From Stegostoma tigrinum (Eukaryota): DNA of 64,000 bases. Position 1 is the stretch's first letter, and every line of letters begins with the position of its first letter. Under the pieces are notes generated by a model that did no database searches, was not told the origin of the DNA, and saw only the letters and a program-made list of their open reading frames with translations. Both the position numbers and the translations under genes were made by a program. The DNA lies in assembly GCF_030684315.1 (NCBI RefSeq), contig NC_081391.1:13865342-13929341 (forward strand). Reading direction: 5' to 3'. This document shows, one piece after another, positions 25,344-35,946 of this stretch.

Positions 25344-26799
25344 TGTGGCCTGGAGTACTGTCTGCTTGTTCTGAATGCATTCCCCACTTCACCCTGGGCA
25401 ACCCGTCTCCTTCCAGGGAGAAGAGGCTTGTAGCAAAGAATAATGGCTGTACCAGCTGAATGCAAATGAATAAAATCATTTATGATCTTGCTTATTGTCC
25501 ATCATTCAGAGCACTGGATATTTTGGGAAATGTCTTATTGAGCTTGAAGGCAGTTCTCTTTCTGTAATTTGGCTGACCCAATTACTAATTGGACATGAAA
25601 ACAACCTTTCAATGGATGTATTTACTCACTCTCGATCATTGCACAGTAACTAGACGGACTTCCTTTTTCTCATGACACAGGAGACTCGAGACTTTCCCCT
25701 CTAAGTAGGATGAGGTTGGTGTTTCCCCAATTGTGGGGTGGAAAATCTTCCAGAGGTCAATTAGTACACTTCTGGATACTCTAGGTTCAATTGTCGATCA
25801 GAACTTGTCTTCCTTTTTGAGACAGGAAGTTCCCGTACCTGCTCGAAGGGATAAACCAGACGCCCATTCCATAGGATGTGGGATATCTACGTTCAATGCC
25901 AGGTTTCCCTTCCTACAGGCTCCCCTCAGTCACCACGAGCAATGAGATTTGTCACTCGGACGATAATCTAATGGGAAGACAAGTCTGTGATTTGGAGGCT
26001 GGATCAGTTGACAAAATGCTGGCGGAAGTAGATATATCAAGTTCTGCTCTAAATCCAGTTGCAGGAACCAGCTAAGTTAGGAAAGACACAGGCTTGACTC
26101 ATCTGGTGTAACCTCCCCAGTGAGGCCCTACCATGACCAGTATTTTCTATTCTCAGCGTTGTTGTTTTTGGTCTCCTGTGGATGTAGCCTAGGGATCTTG
26201 GAGCCGGTTATGGATCAAAGCAGGACCAGCACTGGAGGCCTGTGACCTTCTCTTTCTCCCCATCTCTTGTTCCAGCCAACTGCAGTTGCACCCCCTACCC
26301 GGTTAAATCCCTCTTGACATTTCTGAGGGAGGGTGGCTGGACTCACTGTAGGTTGGCTTTTTCATTCCTCCATCTGAGTAACATCGACCGCTCCATCTTT
26401 GCTCAAGAAGGAGTCAGTTCACACTGGGGCTGAGCTTTTCCCAAGAGCAATCCAAAATTGTCTTTCATGTGCCATCCTCCCCTTCTTCCTCCTCCTTTCT
26501 CCACCACACCCCACTTCTCTCCCAGCATTCACTCCAACAAGCTACCCAGCCCAGATCTGGGAAAACTCAGCCCAAACGTTCACAGAAGCCATTTACCAAG
26601 AGGTCAGCTGGAATTCCCCTGATCTGTATGGGATTACAATGTCTGCTCTCGATGCTAACAACAGGAAGTTGTAGTTTTTGCTGTAGAATCCCTCAATGCG
26701 GGCAGATGCCATTCAGCTGATTAAATTTGTAATGACCTACTGAGCAACCTCCTGCTCAGGGACACCCTGTTCCCTTAATCCCACATTTCCCATGGCTAA

Positions 26800-27030
26800 T
26801 CTAACAAATCCGAATGCCCCTTGTCACTGTCAGCAATTATCTTTGCCAATCGACCTAATCTGCAGGCCATTGGACGAGGGGAGGGAGTCGGAGCAGATGG
26901 TGGAAACCCATGCAGACACAGGGAGAATGTGCAAACTCCACTCATGTTGCCAAAGGCTCGAATTGAACCAGAGTCCCTGTGGCTGTGACGTAACAGTGTT
27001 AACCACTGAGCCCCCATCACGCCCAAAAGT
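26800..27030 (-). mobile_element. tRNA-derived V-SINE (HE1-like)
   Basis: Minus strand GGGCGTGATGGGGGCTCAGTGGTTAACAC (A box) ... GGTTCAATTC (B box) ... GGAGTTTGCACATTCTCCCTGTGTCTGCATGGGTTTCC (V domain). Confidence 0.75.
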
Positions 27031-27264
27031 ACCAAACAAAAGGGGGAGGCTGTTGCACAGTCATCAAGTCGTACATCATGGAAATAGACTCTTCTGCCCA
27101 CACAGTCCCTACAGACCAGGTTTCCAAAACTCTGTAGTGCCATTTGGCCCATCTTCCTCTTAGCCATTCCTTCCCACATAAGTGTCCAAATGTCTTATCA
27201 AAGTGGTAATTATACGTCTATTTTATTCTCATTTTCAGCTTGATAAACTTATACAATTTGTTCT

Positions 27265-27456
27265 TGCACAGGAGGTCAAAGGTCATTCAGCAATTCCATC
27301 ATCCACCAGTTGTCAATTCTGGTTTCTGGATCCAATTCCCATCCTGCACTGATTGGACGTGGCAACTGATCAATTGATTAACAAGAGTGATTGGCCATCA
27401 CTGATGATGTCATTTCCTGCTCAAAAAATGAGGGTCTTCTCCTGGAGTATAAATAG
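27265..27456 (+). promoter_or_regulatory. Conserved ferritin promoter, copy E
   Basis: Perfect DR1 AGGTCAAAGGTCA at 27273-27285; TATAAA at 27448-27453. Confidence 0.72.
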
Positions 27457-27550
27457 AGCCCAATGGCATTGCTATTTTAGGTGTAGCTGGTTTTCTTTCT
27501 ATATTTATAATTTGGTTTTGTTGGATAAGGAAAGCTGTTTCTATCACAAA

Positions 27551-30500
27551 ATGGCCTCCCAGATCAGTCAGAACTATCACCAGGATTGTGAAGCTGCTGT
27601 CAACAAGCAGATTAATGTGGAGCTCACTGCCTCCTATCTCTATCAGTCATTGGTGAGTGCTGTCCCTGTGGGGTTGGAGTTACTTCTGTTATGAAGTGAA
27701 CTGTTTTTTTTTAAAACAAACTAGATTAATACTCTTGTATAATAAAATGTGAGGCTGGATGAACACAGCAGGCCAAGCAGCATCTCAGGAGCACACGTTT
27801 AGCTTTTGTGCTCCTGAGATGCTGCTTGGCCTGCTGTGTTCATCCAGCCTCACATTTTATTATCTTGGAATTCTCCAGCATCTGCAGTTCCCATTATCTT
27901 TAACACTCTTGTAGACTTGTTTGTTTTTTTTTGTATCTCTCTTAGCTATTTCTTGATTCAGCGTAAATGTGGTGACAATGGGATATGATACTGATATGCA
28001 GCAACTGAGGCCCCAGTTGTCTCAATGATATATGGAGGGTGAAGCATCTTGTGATTTATCTTAAAATTCCTTTTTGGGCTGTGATTGCCTATAACTGGCT
28101 GTGGCTCTCCATAATTTTCTAAACTACTGTCAAGCTTTGATCCAGATAACCATTGGCTAACTACCTTTTTAAATCTGCCTTGATGTATCTGCTTTAGTTT
28201 TGTGCATGTAAATAAACAAACATACTGGTTTTGGTATTTACAATAAGGTGTTGTAGTAATTTGACAAATCAGATTTTTTTAAGCTGAACTGAAGTCCTTG
28301 AGGTAAGACAAGCTGCTCCCTGCTTAAGTAGGTCTCCGATATTATTTTGGCTTTCTGTGCTCTATATCATGAAGTGGGTTTGATCCATCACTTCACAACC
28401 TATAGAAAGTTGACTTGTTATAGGTGCCTGCCCCCCCCGACCCCCCCGCCCCCAAAAGGGGGCTGCTGGAACATGCTGAGGCTATTGACCCAGAGGTGAA
28501 GAAATAAATGTTCTTCCTTTACCATTTAACCAGATAAAGAAACAAACTGGCTCCTCCCACCATGTGGTGGTGCCCCTGTGCCCTTCCAAGGAGTAGAATG
28601 TGTTCAGAAGGTGTTGAGGTCCCCTTGGTGAGTGCTGCAGGGGACCTGGTAGATAATGGACCCTGAAAGGAGGTGGTGAATGCAGTCCCCACGAAGTGGG
28701 CTGCTCTGTCCTGGATGGTGTCTGCTTCTTGCACGTTGCAGCTCCACTTTTCTCCAGACACATGGAGAATATTCATCACTCTCTGGGCTTGTGCCTATTG
28801 GAAGGAAGTCCTATCTAGGGACATGAGGATAAAGTCCCTATAACTACCTTTTTGGGAGGTGGGAATAGCTTTAACTAGTGAACCAATTGTTGGGTTTTAG
28901 TCACTGACCACTGTCCCAACTCAATAGGGAATCTTGTGTGCTGATAATAAAATCCCCACTATTCTTCACCTTCTACAACTTAACTACCCAATTAAACCAC
29001 TTTTTTAAACTTTTAGTTTGTATTTGAGGATTAAACTAACTTCTCACCAGGATTCTACCAAAGAACAACTTCTTCTTTTGATGTCAATAGACTGTTCCTA
29101 ATCAGCAGTAACTTGTTGGATTGTGAATCTCAGTTGAAAAGTGAGTGAAATGAGTGGGGAAAACAATAGTTTAGCCTCTTGGAATAAGCTAAATTGAGCT
29201 CTCCAGCTTTGAACAAGTCAATAATCTATAGGTCACACAGTCCTGCAGATACCATTAGGTCTCCTGAACATTTGATCTTGTTTCAGTTGTGAATTTTAAT
29301 GCTTTGCTTTGCAAGCTTCTGGCAACCTGAGTGCATGGCATAAACAAATGTGATAAACTATTGCTGCAACAAGCCAAAGGCTGTCACTGGGCAGGCTCTC
29401 CTTTAGCACCAAGATTCTCCTAATCGCCCTCATTCTCCTGCATACTGCAAACAGCATCTCTTGTAGAGCTGCTTTATGTAAAAAAAAATACAGTACATCT
29501 GATCCAATTGGTTGCAGAAGACCTGTACCTACCAGCTATATTAATGTCCAGCATCTGCATGTTACTCTAGCACCAGGGGAGACATGTAATGACTGGAAGT
29601 TGCCTGACCCTGTGCACATCCTGCATTCCAGCTCCTGGCACTTGTTTAAACCCTATTCAGTTACCACTTCCATCCATTTCTGGAGGCTAGATGGTAGAAA
29701 TGTGCTTTCAGCTTTTCTCTCCAGGCTGTGCCAGACACCCCCCCCCCCCCAAACAATTCAGCAGGGTTTACAAACCAAAACACTGAATTTGCATCTTACG
29801 TGGAAGAAGCTGGGGTTGTTTGGTTTCCTCCAATTAAAGGAGCTGCTGGCTAATTTTGCAACACCATTAGTGAACATTGTAAGGTGTCAACAATTTTCAG
29901 CTGATTGAATCATTAGTTTGCTTTAGACTAAACCAGTCCTCCAGTTCTGAGCATGAGAAATGGGGTCAATGATGTGTTTAATGGGCTTTAACATGTTATC
30001 TCCCTTCTAGATGTCCTACTTTGACCGGGATGATGTTGCCCTCACCCATGTCTCCCGGTTCTTCAAAGATCAGTCCCAGGAGAAGCAGGAACATGCAGAG
30101 AAGCTGCTGAAATTCCAGAATCAGCGTGGAGGCAGAGTCCTCCTCCAGGATGTGAAGGTTGGAGTTTGGGAGGGGGGCATGGTGTGGTGTGCAGGAATGG
30201 TAGCTCATGGTGTTTTCTGTTAGTAGTGACAAGATTTTAATGTGGTAAAGGATGTGAAGGTTGGAGTTGGAGAAGGCAGGCAGTGGGGAGGAGATGTGAG
30301 AAATGGCTGCTTATGGTGTGGTTTCATGTCCTGAAAGAAAGTGAAAACTGTTTTGTTTGGCTCCCCTCCTTTTGATGAAAAGGAAAGAAATCCTAGAAAC
30401 ACGCCTCTTGGCTCCCCTCCACCTGCTGCTTCTCCACCCCCCCCACCCCCGCCCCCCCACACCACCCCACCCCATGCTGACCCGATAAACACCAAACCAC

Positions 30501-32413
30501 ATTAATCCCATTTACTGCACTTGGTCTACAGCCCCCATGGCATTGGTAGTTGTCTAGAAGCTGCTTAAATATTGCAGCAGGAGATGCCTCCCCCACTGCC
30601 CCACCCCCCCCATATTATTTTTCCACTACCCTCTGGGCAAAGGATTCCTCTAACCTGCTGACTCCTCACATCAGTGCCCTCTGGTCTTAATGTCTCTTTC
30701 TCCCCACCCCCTCATAGCAGACACTCCCCATCTACTATCAAGACTCCACACTAATCAAATGCCATCACATAAACATCTCAACTGACTTCACTCTGAGGAT
30801 TGGAGTGAGAAATCTAATCTCTCCTTTTAATGGATTTTTCAGTCTTGGGGCAACATCCTGGTGACCCTTCCAGTGCCATTGTGGCTCTGGTCACCACACA
30901 GTATTCCACCTTTGCATGGCCAATGCTGCAAAGTTTGTGACAAGACTGGAGTCCCTGTACTGCGCCCCAAGAAATGGGGAAGGGCATTGTGGAAGCCAAC
31001 TTCCCCACCCTGTCTACACTTATGGATCCTTGAAATATCTCTAGTCTTGTTCTCTTGGTTCCTTTTATTGTCAACATATTGCTGTCCCTTCAATGAATTA
31101 AATAGTAGTGATGCTTTTGATCATTCAGGTCAGTCCGAGATGAAGCCATAAGCACAAGTGGGACTTCAACCTGGGCCTATGCTCCAAACCTAGGGACAGT
31201 ACCACTGCTTAACGAGCCCTGGGATTAAGTTGTGAATATCTTCCTTGGGATGCCATCAGATGGGCACTGACAATTCTGTGCAAACATAACTCTTATCCCC
31301 ACTATGACCTGGTTGTGAATTGACTCTCCTTTCGGAAGAAGCAAATAGGGCTAGGTGAAAGCAATTCCTTAAATAACTGATCTGTTCTTCCTAAGGACTT
31401 CAGGGATGGCGGTGGTTAGCACAACTGCATCAGTGCTTGGGGCACAAGCTTAATTCTGGAGTTGACATGTTCACCACATCTCTACATAGGCTTCCTCCCA
31501 CAGTCCAAAGATGTGCAGGGTAGGATAGGGCATGAAAAATGCAGGATTACATGGCTGGGGCTAGGACCAGGTTGGATGCTCTTCAGATGGTCATGAGTGG
31601 GCAGAATGGCCTGATGCATGCTGCAGGGATGTTGTTTCTGAGGCTTACCTGTCCTTCTTTCCATCCTCAGAAGCCAGAGAGGGATGAGTGGGCAACAGTC
31701 TGCAGGCGCTGCAGGTTGCCCTGGATCTGGAGAAGAATGTGAACCAGAGTTTGCTGGATCTACACCAACTCTCCACGGCCCAGACTGACCCTCATGTAAG
31801 CTTCACCACTTCATTCTCATCACTGCGAGACCCTCAGGGTAACACTTCATTGGTTGGTCTGTGTGGATTGGAAATTCACAGGTGTGCACTGATCACTTTG
31901 GGTCCATGCTGCTGAGCAGTTGTTACATGGTGATCAGTAATGAAGTGAAATGGGAGTTTGGAAGGCAATCCATTGGGAGTGATGAAGTGATATTGGCCAT
32001 TGAATTCCCATTCTCACTTGGGAGCATTACAGTGGAATGATCATTGTCCATCACCATCCAACTCAGCTCCACTTCACAAGCAGCAAGATGGAGCAGCTGA
32101 AATCCTATTGTCATCACCGACACAGATTTTCCAGGTGTTAGCTAAATTTTCAGGGCTGTCTGGAACTAGTATGGTAAAGCCTGTTTTTTTCAGTGGGAAT
32201 TCTGAAATTGTCTTGGATAGTGTTAATGCACCCAGTTGTCATATTCCTCTGTTGCAGCTGTGTGACTTCCTGGAGAATCACTATTTGGATGAGGAGGTGG
32301 AGATCATCAAGCAACTCGGGGACTACATCACCAACCTGAAGCGCCTGGGAGCCCCTGAGAATGGGATGGGAGAATACCTGTTTGACAGGCTCTCCCTGGA
32401 GGACAGCAGTTAG
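27551..32413 (+). pseudogene. Ferritin copy E, frameshifted; exons 27551-27652, 30011-30157, 31671-31795, 32258-32413
   Basis: Exon 3 is 125 nt (TGGGCAAC vs TGGGGTAAC), shifting frame to TGA at 31740-31742. Everything else, including the promoter, is intact, so a sequencing indel cannot be excluded. Confidence 0.7.
27740..27899. mobile_element. Short fold-back Penelope-derived insertion with 14-bp TSD, intron 1 of copy E
   Basis: Perfect ~57-bp inverted arms with a short spacer; flanked by TTAATACTCTTGTA (27726-27739) and TTAACACTCTTGTA (27900-27913). Confidence 0.85.
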
Positions 32414-33179
32414 TGTGGCCTGGAGTACTGTCTGCTTGGTCTGAATGCATTCCCCACTTCACCCTGGACAACCTGTCTCCTTCCAAGGAGAAGGGACTTT
32501 TGTAGCAAAGAATGTAATGGCTGTACCAGCTAAATGGAAATGAATAAAATGATGTGTTGATCTTGCTTATTGTCCATCATTCAGAGCTCTGAATACTTTG
32601 GGTGATAGCTCTTGCTTGAAGCCAATTCGTTTTCTGTCATTTGATTGGTCCAATTTCTAATTGGATTAGGCAACCCTTCACAGAATAGCTCACTATCCCC
32701 ACATTAGAATGTAACTCGATGGAGTGTTTTTTTTGGTTAGTCCTGTGGAAATTGAAGGTGTTTCTCCTCCAAATAGGATAAGGTTGGAATTTGTCAATTG
32801 TGGCATTGGCTTTCTTCTAGAGGACAATTAGTGCACTTCTGGAGATGGTGGGTTCAACTGTAGCTCAAAGCAATTGTCTTCCTCTGGTGACAGGAAGTTC
32901 CCACACCTTCTAAATAGACTTCTCTACCCAGCCTGATAGAATTTGGGATAGTGGTGTTCAATTGCACATTTCCCTTAATCTCTTCCCCGCCTCAGCCATC
33001 CTGCGTACTCAATTATTGCCTGAATGATGACAGCAACACAAAGTGAAGACAGCCCTTTATCTACTGACCCAGCTGCCTGATCACCAAGGTCTAAAGGAAG
33101 AGGCCCAGCAGGCTCTGATTTCAATCCAGCTGGCGGAAGCAGCAGAGGTGTGAAACAATCTCAACTGCCTGGTATATCT

Positions 33180-33364
33180 GAGATAATGGGAACTGCAGAT
33201 GCTGGAGATTCCAAGATAATAAAATGTGAGGCTGGATGAACACAGCAGGCCAAGCAGCATCTCAGGAGCACAGGCTCTGATGAAGGGTCTAGGCCCGAAA
33301 CGTCAGCTTTTGTGCTCCTGAGATGCTGCTTGGCCTGCTGTGTTCATCCAGCCTCACATTTTAT
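33180..33364. mobile_element. Short fold-back Penelope-derived insertion with perfect 14-bp TSD
   Basis: Perfect inverted arms around a hammerhead core; TGCCTGGTATATCT at 33166-33179 and 33365-33378. Confidence 0.88.
33272..33309 (+). ncRNA. Minimal type I hammerhead ribozyme motif (Penelope-type)
   Basis: AGGCT-CTGATGA-A-GGGT(CTAG)GCCC-GAAA-CGTC-AGCTT: stem I AGGCU/AGCUU, core CUGAUGA, stem II GGGU/GCCC, GAAA, palindromic ACGU helix III, GUC cleavage triplet at 33302-33304. Confidence 0.7.
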
Positions 33365-35664
33365 TGCCTGGTATATCTCTTCTTTTTTTTTTTCCCCCCA
33401 TTGGGCCCTACCCTGACCAATAAACACTATATTCTCAGTATTGTTACTTTTGGTTTCACCATCCCAAACTGTGGCTGGAGCTCTTTCTCTTCCGCTTCTC
33501 CCCACTTCGCTCACCCCGCCCTCCCCCCACCCGACCTTTTCTATCCACGTGCCCCACCAGCCTAAACATTCACCACAGCCCCTTTCCCTGGGAGTCAGCT
33601 CAAGACGTTCACCTGAACTGTACTGGATTATAATGTAGGGCCTCATTGCTGCTTACAGCAGGATAACAGGGACCTGGGAAGAACACAGCAATGCACTTGG
33701 TTAAATGCTGCTGTTTGATTGGCTCTTGTTGCTAATGCCAGCATTGAGCACACTAAGCTGCTCCCTTGGTTCCTCTGAGCTTTCCCCCATGGTGAACATT
33801 ACTCCTGATGCAGGTTGATTGGGTGAAATCACATTGAAGGAGCAAAGTGGCTCGGAGAGGAGACATGGAGATGCTGACTTTCCTTTACGGCTGCTTCTTT
33901 TATCTTTCAAGGTGTCAGAGATCATGGGTTCGTGAGGGTGCGATCTGAGACATCCTGAGGATTGTTCCAGGGAGTTTTGTAGCGGGTGTACACTGCAGCC
34001 TTCATCGAGGTTGGCGGGGGGGGTGCTGCAGAGTCAAAAGGCACTCAACATATTTGTTCCAACCTCATAAAGCAATTTATTTTTGGTGAAAATAAGTCTA
34101 GGCTACAGTAACCCTCAAGTGCAGGAAGGGACCATTAGGCCCATTAAATCTGCATAGACCTTCTGAACAGCATCCTCCTTAGACCCAACCCCTTTGCCTT
34201 AACTCCACATTCCCCATGGTTATTCGACCAAGCCTGCATGCCCCTGCTCACTATCGACAATCTGCAAATCGTCGGGCTGTGTGAGGAAACTCAAGCACCT
34301 GGAGGAAATCCACGCAGTCCATCGCCCAGGGGTAGAATCGAACCTGGGTCCCTGGCACTGAGCCGCCAAAACATTCTAAAGTACCAAAGGAAAGGAATAC
34401 ACTGCGGCAAACTACGCCATGGGAATAGACTCTGCAGCGCAGCCCGAACTTGCAGACCAGGTTTTCATAAACTGTGTAGTGCCATTTGCCTACGTTTGGC
34501 CCATCTTTCTCTAAACCGTTCCTTTCCATGTAAATCTCCAAATGTCACTTAAATGTTGTAATTCTATCCACCTCTACCACTTCCTCTGGCAGCTCATTCC
34601 ATACACGCAACACCCTCTGTGTGACAATGTTGTCACTCACGCCCCTTTTAAATCTTGCCCCTCTCCCCTCAAACCGGTGCCCTCTAGTTTTGGAACCCCC
34701 CTACCCTGTCCCAGCATGCTTTTTATATACAGTCAATCTTGAGTGTGCCAATGGCAAGGCTACATTTAGTGCTCAGCAACTGTTACACTCCAGGAGGTGG
34801 TGATGAGCTGCTTATTACAGTCCACCTGGTGTCGGAGAGACCGGAATGATGCTGCTGCTGCTGCTGTTGCTGAGGAGGGGCTCCTGGGATTTTCATTCAC
34901 AAACAGGGATAGTGTTCCAAGTCAGGATGGTGACAGAGTTACATGGAGCTGCTTGAGTGTCGTTGGTGCTGCCTCCAGCGAGAACATTGTAAACTAATTC
35001 CAGCACTACTCCCAACTTCAGCCTTATTGAGGGTGGGCAGGTTTTGGAAACTCAGGAGTTGAGTACTTCCTGACAGAATTCCCAGCATCTGAATTCCCAG
35101 TTTCTGAGCTGTACCATCGAGAGAACGCAATGTAAACTGAACCAGAAATTCTTCACTTGGAAACATGCTGGGGTGAATCACTAGTTCTACTTCAAACAAC
35201 GAAAACGAAACTGGGAGACAGAAATGTTCAACGTGCGATACATTTCTAGCAGCAACTGAGGCATAGAGGCCTGAGGCCTACTGTGTAGAAGAGGCACTCA
35301 GCACATTTAGCGTTTTGCTTTTCAAACTGGGCTTCAAGGTCAAGGTCAGGGAGATCACATCAGATGCAGAATGGATCCACAAAGTACATCAGTTGCCTGT
35401 TTTAGATGATCCAAAAGCACATTATTTCTGTTGCTGCACAGAAATAGGAAAATGTTCAGATCAACCAAATCGAGCCATTTTTCAAAGAGCTCCAACACCA
35501 ACGTTCAAAAATTATTACGACTAATCCCTCAGAATAGCAATCCGACAGAATTCTGCAAATCTGTGATGAATGTGTCTTAACGCACAACCTCAGATAGAAA
35601 AGTGAAGTTTTAGAGTATATTTTATTCTCATTTTCAGGGAGATGTCCTTCCAGAATTTGCACTT

Positions 35665-35860
35665 GTGCGGGAGGTCAAAGGTCATTTCAGCAATTTCATC
35701 ATCAACCAGTTGTCAATTCTGATTGGGTTTTTGACCCAATTCCCATCCTGCGCTGATTGGATGTGGCAGCTGATCAATTGATTAACAAGAGTGTTTGGCC
35801 ATCACTGATGATCTCATTTCCTGCTTCAGAAAATGAGTGTTGGCTCCTGGAGTATAAATA
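35665..35860 (+). promoter_or_regulatory. Conserved ferritin promoter, copy F
   Basis: Perfect DR1 at 35672-35684; TATAAA at 35853-35858. Confidence 0.72.
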
Positions 35861-35946
35861 GAGTCCCACAGGAGGCATGTTTACTGTTGCTCTTAACTTT
35901 GTCATTTTTCTGGGGAGGAAAATAAAGCAAGTGTTTCCTTTATAAG

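Noticed and set aside
27740-27899. Long hairpins as miRNA precursors or DNA-transposon MITEs
   Set aside because: Arms match the Penelope terminal repeat; 14-15 bp TSDs and variable loop junctions fit retro-insertion better
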